This document shows positions 24,248 through 36,786 of a stretch of DNA of 42,971 bases, piece after piece. Origin of the DNA: Neovahlkampfia damariscottae (lineage: Eukaryota); assembly GCA_016618085.1 (NCBI GenBank), contig JABLTG010000162.1, forward strand, positions 1 to 42,971. Reading direction: 5' to 3'. A program made the translations under genes and the position numbers. The notes below the pieces were generated by a model. That model was given only the letters and a program-made list of their open reading frames with translations, searched no databases and was not told where the DNA came from. How positions within the stretch are numbered: position 1 is the stretch's first letter; the number at the start of each line of letters is the position of its first letter.

Positions 24248-24508
24248 TTAATGATTTATTCTTTTGATTTGTTTCAAACCACATTTGCTATGATTGAGTT
24301 GTAGATCATAGTAGTCTAAGAAAGTTGCCATTCTATTTACATTTTCTTGAAGATGATCCAATCGATTACTCATCAGTAGCATATCGTCTGCAAATACAGC
24401 TGCTTTTATGGTAGTTCTATTCAGTGTTCCTAATGTATAACCATTTTTTATTTTTAAATGGTCTAAACCCATTTGTATAAAGAGGATAAATAGCAAAGGT
24501 GACAAATT
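24248..24508 (-). mobile_element. Non-LTR retrotransposon reverse-transcriptase fragment
   Basis: LSPLLFILFI...FADDMLL...LQLNHSKC, corresponding to RT core domains 4-6. Truncated on both sides. Confidence 0.85.
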
Positions 24509-24594
24509 TGCTGTTTCATTGGTCAAATAAAACACGAGTGATGAGCTTTTCAATCTCATCAAAATTCCAACCAAGTCAACACTTGGAAAAAAAT

Positions 24595-25538
24595 ATGTCA
24601 CAATTGTTTTCCGTTCCAAAAGAAATAATCACCGATATTTTTCAGTTTATACCTAGCCATGAATATAACTCACTTCTAAAAATGACTCACCTCAATTCAG
24701 ACACAAGAAATCTTTTATTAAGTGATAAATTCTGGAAACCGATATTATATCAACAATTTCCAGGCTCAGAAAAACATGTCTCAAAATATTTTCAACTTGT
24801 TTATTTTCAGGCAACCTCACAAAAGATTCGTCAAAAGAAAAAGAAGCTTGAATTTGACTTCATTGTAAATATTTCAGGAAATGATGGAATTGGTAAAACT
24901 GCACTGTTAAATCGATTCATTGAAGGATATTTCATGGATCCAATGGATTACGTAAAAAACACTCTACTCATTAATTTGTAAACATTTAGGTTACTCTATG
25001 TGACAGTAACAGAAAAAAAATGAATGTACAAGGAACAGAATATAATTTAGAAATCACAGAATCACCAGGAGACGAAGATTTTTCAGTACTACGAGACGTA
25101 TTTCTTTTTTTCATTTTGTTATCTTTTTTTTATTAGCATCTGATCAGGAGAATGAATTGTGGATTGGTTTGTTTTTCATTGACTTCAAAACAGTCTTTTG
25201 ATGATGCTGTTTTGTATATTGAACTAATTTGTAGACTAAAAAATATGGAATATGCGCCTGCATTGTTGATTGGAACTAAATCTGATTTAAATGATTCAAT
25301 ACAAGTCAGTAATGAAGATATAAAGAAAATTACAGATTTGAAAAAAATTAAATACATTTCCGTCAGTTCTCTGAATGGTAGCAATGTAAATGAATGTTTT
25401 GAATTGGCTGTTAAGAAATGCAATGAAGAAAACTTTGACAATTTAGTTTCCAAACGTTTTCTCAGCAGATTGGAAAAGTATGGATTAAATGTTGATTTGA
25501 ATCAACAGAAAAAGGAACAAAATTGTCAATTGTTGTAA
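24595..25538 (+). CDS. F-box domain fused to an atypical Ras-like GTPase with CAAX; 2 introns
   Basis: LFSVPKEIITDIFQFIP...LLSDKFWK (F-box), then GNDGIGKT, ESPG, GTKSD, SVSS and a C-terminal CQLL. Confidence 0.82.
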
Positions 25539-25899
25539 AATTCTTTCATTGAAATAACAAGTTTTCTGGATCAACCAAGGGTTGCTCATCAAACTATGTG
25601 TTCATTCATCTTGTTTTTTTTTGAAAATACATAAATGATTGGTTTTGAGAAAATCCGTTGTTTTGGACAAAAAAATGCCAATACAAAATTCTCCAGATAT
25701 CCAAATCGTTATCAGCAACTAAGTTCGCATTCTGATTCTACGTTTCAAATACTACAGATTGAGATGTATTATTTTTCCAAATGGGGGGGTTTGTAATTTA
25801 AATTTGGTTTTTGATTGACATTGATTATTGATGATGATTATCAAAATGATCCTTTCTTTTTTGATTCTGGATGAGTACGAGTTGTTGATTTTAATTTTC

Positions 25900-26018
25900 G
25901 CTTACGGCCATACTTAGGAGAATACACCGCATCCCGTCCGATTTGCGAAGTTAAGCTCCTACAGGCTCTCCTAGTACTAGGGTGGGAGACCACCTGGGAA
26001 CCGGGAGTGTTGTAAGCT
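25900..26018 (+). rRNA. 5S rRNA (copy 2)
   Basis: Same 119-nt sequence as copy 1, followed by oligo-T. Confidence 0.97.
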
Positions 26019-26206
26019 TTTTATCTTTTTGTAAACAAAATATTCAAATCCAATTATCAAGATGTCTTGTTCCAATATTTATTTAATTTTTTTATCCAAT
26101 CAACATATTCAGCAATTAAATCTACATGAAAAATCATTCAGATTGAAAACAGTGGAAATTACCAACAGAGATATCTTGGTTTTGTTCAATTTCATCAAGA
26201 AATTTC

Positions 26207-26434
26207 TATTGGGTTTTTCGTTTTGGCATGCAAATTCTTATCGAGATTGGATTGGGGAAAAAAATAAGAAAAATGAACAATTCTTATTTTTTAGAAATAA
26301 TTCTTATTTCCTTTGCCAAGAAATAGATGAAATCTAGTCAATTCTCAATCTATTGTCATATTTATTGATTTTTCTTAATTTTTTGCCAATCCAATTTCGA
26401 TGAGAATTTGCATGCCAAAACGAAAAACCCAATA
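26207..26434. mobile_element. MITE-like element with ~70-bp imperfect terminal inverted repeats, flanked by TA
   Basis: TATTGGGTTTTTCGTTTTGGCATGCAAATTCT... at 26207, and its reverse complement ending at 26434. Confidence 0.75.
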
Positions 26435-26927
26435 TGTCTTTTGAAATTTTGTACCTTTAAAGTGATCTTTTTCATCAGAATTTAAAAATGGATATATTTT
26501 TGAATAAATAATAGTTGCTTTGGTCTTTAAAAATTTTTTTCCCTGGATCACTTATCAAGTATATTCTGAGATATTCATTGTTGATTTTTTTTTCTCAAAT
26601 TGTGATTTCCAGATTGTGTGATTTTTTTTTCAACTTTTATCTTAAATATTAATACATTATATCATTTAATGTATTTTGCATCATTATGGATTGATTTCTC
26701 ACTTTGCAGTCATCACAATCCATTCTCAGTAAAAACATTTCAAACACATATGCACAATTGAGCGCATTGATTCAGAATGTCAATTTTCAACATAACATTC
26801 ATTTTTACATATTAAACAACATATTGTGGCCGCTAATGGCCGCTGCTTAAGTTGAATGTGTTAGAGAAGTATTTCAAAAAAAAATGAAAAAAAAAAAATT
26901 CGATTGTTTTTGGTCAATTTAACTTTG

Positions 26928-28377
26928 ATGGTGAAGTACAAGTGCTGCTGTTGTTTTAAAGTACACAAAAACACCAGAAGTTATAATATACCTGAACACT
27001 TTGAAATTACTAATGATATAAAAAAAAAATAACAAAAAATTAAAAGTATCAAAAAAAACAAATCTTTTGTGTGACTCATGTTACAAAAATGGAGCTCCAC
27101 TTAAAATAGACAAACCAATCACTTGTTATGAAGTTTTGGAACAAATAAAGTTAAAATATCCTGGAGAATCAGTTACAATCCTTCTGGATATTAAAAAAGT
27201 AAAAGAAAATTAGATCAAATCAATTTCATGCAGGATGATAATGAATCAAAGAATGATTTAAGTGATATAAATGAAGAAATGAATGAAAAATCAATTTATT
27301 TCATGACATCCACTCAAAATATTAAGAATTTGGTTGATTTATTGCAACAATCATGTTGCAAGTGTCAAGAGCCTTTAGAATGCTTTTTGAAGGATATGGA
27401 AGGTGCAATATACACACTGCACTTTCATTTGCTGTAATGATCATCATTTTAAATGGGATAGTACAACAAAAATGATGGATGGATCAAATTTAATTGATTC
27501 ATATATTTTTTTTGCTTACATGTTTGCTAGAAATGGTTGTTATTCCAAGTATGAAAAAATATCAGACATTTTAAACACGCAACTTTTTCTCATTCAACTT
27601 TTTCCAATTATGCGAATCATATGTCTGTTTTGGTTCAAAATTATGTAAATACTCAAACTGAAATGATTGTTGATTTGGTGAATCAAGAACAAAGAAAGGG
27701 ATTAAAGGATTCTGATATTTCATTTGATACCCAATGGGCAAACTTACAGAAACATGGAAAAAGAGCCACAAAAGCTTCAACAACTGTCATTGTGAAATTT
27801 AATGAAAAATGTCCAATCATTGCATGTGTTCATGAAAACAATGGAAATTTGAAACATGATTTTGGAAATGATATTTAAGCAATTGATGGTAAAATGTTTC
27901 AAAGCATTTTGTGTTTTAGTCAAAACAAAACTCTGGTATTGAAAACCAAATCAAAGGTTGGTTAGGATTTGAAGATTATAAAAAACAAAAACATAAGATA
28001 ATTCTTGAAGAACACGAATCTAAAGCTTTAAGTGAATTTTTAGGAAGGTACCTTGACAAAATTAAATTGTGTCCAAGCAGAAAGTCTACCAGCCACTCTG
28101 AAGACTTCCATTCCATCAAAAATCGGTTCAAACCAAAATGTTTGAAAGAAGGTGTAACTTTGTATAACCTTAAAACCAACATTGCTGTTTTATATTGGAA
28201 TAGACTTCAAATACCTGATTTACCAGATTAGTTGTTGAATTAAAAGAACAATTTCTTGGTCTTGGTGATAAAAAGTCAAAATTTATACCAACTTGTTGTA
28301 CTGGAATGTTAAAAACCCAAAATAGTTACATTACTGCTTTGAATGAGGTGACTTACGCTGATGAAGATAGTTTATAA
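26928..28377 (+). pseudogene. Degenerate Mutator-like DDE transposase with N-terminal Zn fingers
   Basis: MVKYKCCCC...LCDSC, CCKC...C.NDH.FKWDS, ISFDTQW...GKRA and TSHSEDFHSIKNRFKPK...IAVLYWN, broken by stops and frameshifts. Confidence 0.65.
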
Positions 28378-28511
28378 GTGAAAGAATTTGAAAAAGAAGT
28401 TTGAAAGAACTAAACCATACGTTTGAAAGAAAATCTATGAATCTTTTTCTCAAAAATTATCACCTTTCTTTTTTGATTCTGGATGACTATGAGTTATTGA
28501 TTTTTACTTTC

Positions 28512-28630
28512 GCTTACGGCCATACTTAGGAGAATACACCGCATCCCGTCCGATTTGCGAAGTTAAGCCCCTACAGGCTCTCCTAGTACTAGGGTGGGAG
28601 ACCACCTGGGAACCGGGAGTGTTGTAAGCT
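28512..28630 (+). rRNA. 5S rRNA (copy 3, one T>C variant)
   Basis: 119 nt. GTTAAGCCCCTAC here versus GTTAAGCTCCTAC in copies 1 and 2. Confidence 0.97.
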
Positions 28631-28740
28631 TTTTTATTTTTTTAAAATTCTGACAATCATCATAATACTTCTTTGAATGCAAAAACTTGGAAGTATTGTA
28701 TTGTAAATAGATCTCAACCGAAAACAATTGCAAACAATTT

Positions 28741-31700
28741 TTATTCTTTCTTGAAAATTTCTTCAAAATTTTCCATTAAAATTTCAGTTGCATAATTTAT
28801 TTTTTTACAATCTTCAATCATTTTCAAAGGATCATCTTTTCTTGGTTTTATTATATTCATCCCAAATACAATTGCAATATTGCTGGAATTCATTTTATTC
28901 AAATCAGATTTTTTTGATACTTTATTCAAAAAGAACAACAATTCATATAACAGATTTCTATTATTCTTTGGTAAATTCTTACAAATTTCTGTTAATTCTT
29001 CAATCGTTTTCTCTTTTGTTGTTTCAAAAAGTGAAATAATTGGATCATAATTTTTGAAACATAAAAGTGGACTTGGTAATTCACGTAAATACAATTTTAA
29101 TAAACACGCAAGTTCATGATACAAATAACAATTTTCTTCAATTTTAAATTCATCTCCTGAGTCAAGTGATGACTTATATTGTTGTATTGTTTCTGCTGTT
29201 CCTACTTTTCTGAAAATTCCCTCAACATTCAAAGCTAATTTACAAAAAATTAATGAAAAATAAATTTTACCCTTTTCTTCTAAAAAGTCCATTATACACT
29301 TAATAAAATATGGGATAGTTTGATTTTGATTGACTTCTCTTTCCATGTAATCATTTAAATCAATTCCAAAAACTTTTTTTTCAAGTTTTTTATCAAGTGT
29401 TGGTGAAATTTGTTTTGATAAATCTGAAGATGATGTATTTCTTGGTGATTTAAGTGTGAAATATGCACTCAATTGAGTTTTTAATAAATTTTTTTTTGGT
29501 GTTGAAGGTGATGCTGGTAATTGAGTATCAATCAATTTTAATAATTGTCCCCTTGATGATTTAACTTGTTTTAATTCTAATTCCAAGTCTGAAAGTTCTT
29601 TTTCATGTTGTTCTCTTTCTAGTTTCAATGTTGTTTCTAATTTTGTAATTGTATTGTTTAATTTAGTTACATACATGGCAGATGAATTCCTTCTTGAAAT
29701 TGGATTTGAACTTAAATCAGATGGAGTATTAGTACTCAAAGATGAATTCTTTGATGTTCCAATAGAAAGAGAAAATTTTGATTTTTTTTCTTCTTTTTTC
29801 TTTTCTTCATGTTTTTTGAGTTCTATTTCAAAATTTTTTCTTTCTTTTTCAAGAAGAGCAATTTCTTGTTCCATCATTTTTTTATCAACTTCTAATCTTT
29901 TTTTTTCTTCTTGTAAATTTTCATTCATTTCTTTTTCTTTTTCTTTTCTTTCTAATTCAATTTGTTCTCTTTTGTATTCTAATTCCATTTCTTTTTCTAA
30001 TTGTAATTGAATTTCTTCATTCAATTTATCTTTTGTTTCTCTCATTTCTTCCTCTAATTCTTTTTTTGTTTTCATTTCATCTGATAATAATTCTCTCATT
30101 TGTTCTAATAACATTTGACTTGAAATCTTATCTTCAGAATTATCTTTTAAAATATCATATTCATTCTTCATATCATTGTATTCTTTTTCTAATTTCTCTT
30201 TTTCAACTTTGATTAAATTTAATTTTTTAACTAAATCTTTTTGTATTTCAATATTTGCTTCACTTGTTTTTTTTAATTTTTCATTTTCTAAAGTTAATCT
30301 ATCAATAGTAATTTGTTTTCTTTTATCCATGATTTTATCATTTTCTCTTTCTTCTTCTGAATCTAACTCTTCTTCAATTGCTTCAATAACTTCATCTTCT
30401 TCGTCTGAATCTTCTTCTGGTTCTAAAATGATTTCTTTTTTACTTGGTTCCTTTTCAGCACTCTCCAATAGTTTTATTTGTTCTTTTAAAGATTGAATAG
30501 TTGATTCATATTCTTGTGTAGAATCTTTAACAGTATCAAGTTTTTCCTGTTGTTCTTTGATTGTCTTTTGAAGTTGATTTTTTTCTTCATCAAAGATTCT
30601 TTCATTTGTTCGTAATTGAGTTTTTAAAGCAAGTAATTTCAATTCTAAACTTTCAACATCATCATTTGTTTTATCAACATTTTTTATTTCTGTTCTCAGA
30701 ATTTCTTTTTCAAGTTTAAATTTTCTTTCTAATTCTTCAATATCAGCTTCACGTTCATCTTGTAAAGTTGTAATTTCATTTTCCATTTCTTCTTTCAAAA
30801 GTTTATTTTGAATTTTCATTTCTTGCATTATACTTTTGAATTCATCTCTTTCTTTAATAACATCTGAAAGTGAATCAATCTGTTCTTCAAGTTTCAATTT
30901 ATCTTTTTCTCTTTGTTGATGTAATTGATTCTCTAATTCATTTTGATAAGTCTATTGGTATAAAATAAAAAGTAAAGTTTACCTGTAATCTTTTGTCTTC
31001 AAATTTCTTCAATTTTTCAGCAATTTCTTCTCTTTTTAGTTTTTTTTCATGTTCTACTTCTCTTAACAATTCATTTTTATAATCTTGAATTTCATTTCTA
31101 AGTGTTGTTAATTTTCTTTTTTTTTTATTTCACCTCATTTTTAATTCTTCTTTGAATTTTTTCTTTTTTAATTCTGCTTCAAGATTTCCTCTTTCTCTTT
31201 CTTTTAAGTCTGAAATTTCTTTTCTAATTTTTTGTAATTCTTGTTGTCTTAATATTTTTAATTCTTGTTCTTGTTCACTCAAAGCATTTCTAAAATTTGA
31301 GTCTTGATAAATATCCAAGTTTGGAGCAGTTTTTCTTTTAAAAAAGTTATCAAAAATGATGTTTTTTTTTTACCTTTTATAATCAATTATTTCATCATCT
31401 AATTCATGTGGTTGCATGACAATGGGTGTTTCAGGATCTTCTTCTTCATCATCACTTGAACCAAGAAAAGATTTCTTTTTAAATTTTGGTTGTGGTGCCT
31501 CATCTAATTCTTCATCACTTGTATCTATCAAACCTCTACTTGTAATCATTGAATGTTTTTTAGTTAAATTTTTTGTTTCTTCATTTATTGACTTTAATAA
31601 ATTTTGTGTTCCATTTTTGATTTTTTCTTGAACTTCAACATCATTTAAATCCTTTTTATTTTTTGATGGTTTAATTTCATCTTCTTCTTCTTCTTCACTT

Positions 31701-33216
31701 GTATTGATGAGTTGTTTTTTTTTATTTTTTTTTATTTCATTTGCTCCTAAAGATTTACTTTTTCTTGATGATTTTAAAGGTTTTTCTGAATCTGAATCTA
31801 ATGATATTTTACTTTTTGATAAACCTTTCTTTTTTCCAGATTCTATTACTTTTGACAATGTTCCTCTGGCTGATTTTTTTGGTGATAAATCATCTAAATC
31901 TAAATCTAAATCTAATTTTGATTTTGTACCTTTTGTTGATTTCTTCTTTGATAATTTATCTTCATCAGAATCAGTATCTAAACTTGGTTTCTTTCTTGCT
32001 GATTTTTTTGGTTTGAGTTCTTCTTCTTCTTCTGAATCGATCAATTTTCTTGAACTCTTTTTATTGTCATCAGAATCTAAACTTGGTTTCTTTGTTGTTG
32101 ATTTTTTTGGTTTTTCTTCATCACTCGAATCTAATAATTTCTTGGAAGATAAACTTTGTCTTGATTTTTTTTTTAAAATTTCTTTATCATCATCACTTGA
32201 ATCAACTATCTTTTTTGGTTTCTTTTTTTCTTTTTCTCTTCTTCTTGCTGAAGTTAAAGGTTTTTCATCATCACTTGAATCTAATAAATTTCGAACACTT
32301 TTTTTTGATGTAAGCATTGCTTTTGAACTTGTCTTCTTTTTTAAAACTATTTCTTCTTCATCTGAATCTGACAAACCTTTCTTTTTCTTTTTTGGAACAA
32401 GAGACTCTTCTAAATCAGTTTCTAAATTTAATTGACTTTTTCTTGCAGATTTTGGTATAAAAACTTCATCATCACTTGAATTCAAACTTAGTTTTTTGGT
32501 TCTTTTTGTGACTGTTTTTTCTTCATCTGAATCTATCAATTTTGGTTTGCTTCTTCGAGCAGAAGTCAAAATTAACTCTTCATCATCATCATCATCTGAA
32601 TCTATTAAAATTGGTTTTCTACTTGAAATTCTTTTTGCATGTTCTTCAATATCTTTTTTGCTGTTGTGAAAAAAAAATTAAAAAAAAAAAACTCAAATTT
32701 ACGTTTTAGGTTTTGATTCTTTAACTGTGGAATTATCTCTCAATTTTTTGCTATTTTAAACAATAAAATTTTTAAAAATTTTTTTACTTTTCAACATCTT
32801 TCATTCTGAATATTGTTTTAAAAAAAAATATTATAATTACTGTAAATAAGGTCCTTTGAATTTAGGTTGTTTTAGAGCAATATTTGAAAGATCTATGACA
32901 GTTTTTATCAGCTCATTCTTTTTTTTTCCTCGACTAATGTCGGAATATTTCCAATGAATATTCTCTCCTGAAGATTTGAAACTTTCTTCAAAATTTTGAA
33001 TATTTTCCTTAAAATTAAGTTAGTTTAAATTAATACTTGTTCTAAAGCTGAATCACCGTTTGGTCGTCTATTGAACATGACAAATTTTCCTCGTGCTTTG
33101 GCCAGAACTTTACATAGAATTATGCCATCAGAAAGGTTTCCAACAAAGTCTTTTTTTGAATCGAATGGCTGTTTTGAAACAGCTTCTAGCCATTTTTGAA
33201 GTTCTTCTTCTGACAT
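28741..33216 (-). CDS. Large RhoGAP: N-terminal calponin-homology domain, K/S/D-rich linker, coiled coil, C-terminal RhoGAP; multiple introns
   Basis: ELQKWLEAV...LSDGIILCKV (CH domain), VFGIDL, EGIFRKVG, LKLYLRELPSPL and NKMNSSNIAIVFG. Confidence 0.87.
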
Positions 33217-33378
33217 CAATCAACCCACAAAAGAAAAATGATCTTATTGGTCGAATTATCAGAGAATAAAATTGACAGCATTGAATAATATCTGTATTTT
33301 TTTCTAAAACAATTTGAAATTTTTCATCCACTTTTTTAACGGAATGGAAAAAAAATAACCAATCATTTTATTTTCTTT

Positions 33379-36012
33379 ATGAATTCACCCAAATCAAAAG
33401 GTTCAGTTGACAAAAAAAAAGAAGACAAAAACAAAACCAAAGAAAATGGAAAATCTTTTGATATACCAAGTATAGATATAAAATCACCAAAATCAAACTC
33501 AGATTCAGAACTGTCTCGATCTAGTTCTGGTTCATTTACCAGAACAAAATCAGGAACAATTCTGTCACGAGTTTCATCAAGATATAAAAGTTCTGAGATG
33601 GCAAAAAAAAAATTCCACGTCAATCATCTTGGAGAAGTAATTTATAAAAATCATGAAAGGTATAACAAAAAAAAAAAATTAAAAAAAAAAAGTTTTGGAC
33701 TGATGAAACAGATTCAAATGGGTCTAAAATCAGTTGTAAAAAAAAAAAAAACCTTAAATGTTTGATAGGTTGATGAATCCTTTGATTCATTAAAACAAAA
33801 AAAAAAAGATTTGACGATACAAGATTTTGGTGAACGTACAAAATTACCTTTTCCTAAAGAAGGTTCTGAAAAAACACCGGCTCACGATTTTGATAATTAC
33901 ATTTTTTATACTTACGCAGGACCTGCTTTTGAAAATTTAAGAGAAAGATTTTCTATTCAAAAAGAACATTTTTTATTTTCATTATGTCATGAAAAATCAT
34001 TAGCAATTATAGGAACACCAGGTAAATCTGGTTCATTATTTTTTTTTTCATTGGACATGCAATATATTATAAAAACGATAACAAAAAAAGAAAGTAAAAC
34101 AATGAGAGAAATGTTACCAGAATACTATAACGTTTGTTTTTATTTCATTTTTTAAACTTTGTTTTATTTTAGCATGCAATGTCACACTCAAGTACTTTAA
34201 TTAATAGATTCTATGGAATGTATAGTATAAAATCAAAAGATAATCAACAACAGAATGTTAGATTTATCATTATGAATAATGTCTTTGATACACCATTCAA
34301 AGTCAATTTTAAATATGACTTGAAAGGGTCCACAAGTATTTCGTTTTTTTTTTTTGTAACATTTTTTCTTAAAGTTGGTAGAAGTGCAAGTGAGAAGGAA
34401 TTACAAAGAGAAACACCAATTTATAAAGATTTAGATATAAAAACTCAACAAAAAAAAATTAAAGTTGGACCTGAAATGAAAAAGAAAATACTTGCTCAAT
34501 TGAAGGCAGATTGTGACTGGTTAGCAAAAAATCAAATTATGGATTATTCTTTACTTTTGGGTATTCATAAAATTGGTAGAAAAGGAACAACCAATAAAGA
34601 AATCATTGAAGAAGGTTTAGATTTGTATGGAGAAATATTTTCAAAGAATGATTTAAGAAAAGATGCAAAAAGTACATTAGATCTTGAAAGAGTTAAAGAA
34701 GATGCAAAATCTGATCTCTTAAGAGAATTAAGAAAAATATCTGTTACTGAAATTGAAAAAACGATAGAAGAGGAAAAAGAAAAAGGAACTACTAAAAAAG
34801 AGTTTGAAGAGTTGAAACAACAAGAAAATGGAACAGAAGAAAACGGTCATTCATCCACTGAAACTTTTGAAACAAAAGAGTCTGAAGTTTTAACAGACGG
34901 AGATAAAGTTGATACTGAAACTGTTGAAACAAAGGAAGTACTAAACGATGATGGTACTCAAATTGTTGAAACTACAAAAGTAGAAGAAATAGTTCAAGAA
35001 GAACGTATGGATAGAGTCGCTGAAGTACCGGATGAAGAAGATTTATCAATGAACAAGGTTGCCGAAATACCAGATGAAGAAATATTACCAATGGATAAAG
35101 TTGCTGAAATATCAGATGAAGAAGATAAAATTCAACAAGTTGTATCAGAAGAATTTTCAACACCTAAAAGTCAAATTACAGTTCAAAGAGAAGAAACTGA
35201 AGAAATAAGTGGTAGTGAAAATATCAAAATGGACAATATTGATTCAGTAGAAGAACAGTTAAATTCATTTTTGAATGTAAAAAAGAAACCAATAGAAGAC
35301 ACTATAGAAGTTAAACTTTCACCAAAAACAAGAAAAGCACAAACACCAAGAAGAAAACATTTATCTTCAGATTTTGCTGATAATTTGAAAAAGAATTCAA
35401 AAGAACCATTCAATATTTTTAAAATAGAAGGAGAAGGTTCAAACAATAGTCTAGGTGTTATAGAAGATGAAAAAGGAAGATCAAGATCAGAGGAAGTTCC
35501 AAAAGTGAATGTTCCAAATGAAGATGATGATTCTTCAGATGATGAGTACAACAAACCAAGAGCAAAGTCAAAAGATACTTTAGTTCCTGAAAAATCACAT
35601 GGAGTAAATAAAGCATTGTCTCTCAGAGGCTCCATGATGGCAATTTTTGGAAAAAGTGGAAATTCAAGATTCTCAGAAAAAGTACTATTTGGAAAATCAA
35701 AAAACCATCATGAACAATTTATTTTAATGAAAAACATGGGGTAAATAGTTTTTTTTTATTTATTTTTTCCGTAGGTCAAGTGGAAGTGAATTTCAAAAAA
35801 TTCATGGTGGAATTTTGTCTGATGAGTTGGAAGATGGAACAAGAGAGATTTATTTTTTTGGTATTATTGATTTGTTGCAAAAATGGAATTCAAAAAAACA
35901 ATTAGAAAATTTATTTAAAGGAATGGTTGAAGATAAAAAGAAAATTTCTGCTGTCAATCCAACTTTGTATGCTAAACGTTTTTATGAATTTATTGAAGAT
36001 TTACTTGAATAG
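33379..36012 (+). CDS. Phosphatidylinositol-phosphate kinase (PIP5K family) with long acidic insert; multiple introns
   Basis: GKSGSLFF, IIKT, MNNVF, YDLKGS, MDYSLLLG and GIIDLLQ...SAVNPTLYAKRF. Confidence 0.93.
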
Positions 36013-36346
36013 ATTTGTTTGTAAATAAACTTTGATTCCAAATTAATTCATTTGAACACTGATATCCTTTTCACCTGAATGCAAATCAAAATTAAAACAG
36101 AAGAAAAGAAATATTAAAAATTGAATAAAATTTCATTTATTTTAATCTCAATTTTTCAATATAAGATTTTGGTCTTCTCTCATTCAATCTTCATATTCTA
36201 TAGTATTTTGATAATTTAATATAACAACCAAGACAATCTGCTATTAAATTTCGTTTTCTAGTTAATTAAAATCAACCTTGTAGGAAAATCTGTTTGATTA
36301 TTTTTTGGATTTCGAATGCCAAAGGAATTTTATTATTTTTCAAAAA

Positions 36347-36552
36347 TGGGTGAGCCTAGCAAGGTGGAGAGTGCAATGCCGAGAAGACTCATGTAGCAAG
36401 GACCTCTAATCCTCCGTAGAAGATGAGGTGCATCTTGAAACCCCTTCAAAAAATAGCTTAACAATCTTAGTCCCTACATGAGGGACATACCAGTTGTTAC
36501 GCTGATAAGAACAGATACTACACTTGATCAAAGCCAATAGGCCAAGAAAGAT
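36347..36552 (-). ncRNA. U2: U2 spliceosomal snRNA
   Basis: ATCTTTCTTGGCCTATTGGC..GATCAAGTGTAGTATCTGTTCTTATCAG, stems IIa and IIb, Sm site ATTTTTTG and stem-loop IV loop ATTGCAC. Confidence 0.96.
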
Positions 36553-36786
36553 GTTTTATTATAGTTTTATGGTTTAATATATAAAGTTTCTTTGATTGGA
36601 TATGATTTTTTTTTTTGTGGTTCTGTGGAAAAACTCCAAATTGAATAAATTTTCATTTTTGTTGGTTGATTTTTGAAGATCTGTAGATGTGGAATACTTG
36701 TGAAAAATACTTTTAAAACAATTCACGGAGATTTATATTAAATGTGAAATAATTCACCAATTAAACAACTTCGTTTTTTTCACTTG

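Noticed and set aside
15278..25538. CAAX-less Ras, LZTR1-like Kelch-BTB and F-box-Ras as a functional cluster
   Set aside because: They are separated by unrelated genes and belong to large families in amoeboid protists. Proximity alone is no evidence.
29654..32435. Long F/S/L-rich plus-strand ORFs
   Set aside because: They are antisense shadows of the K/E/D-rich RhoGAP coding sequence.
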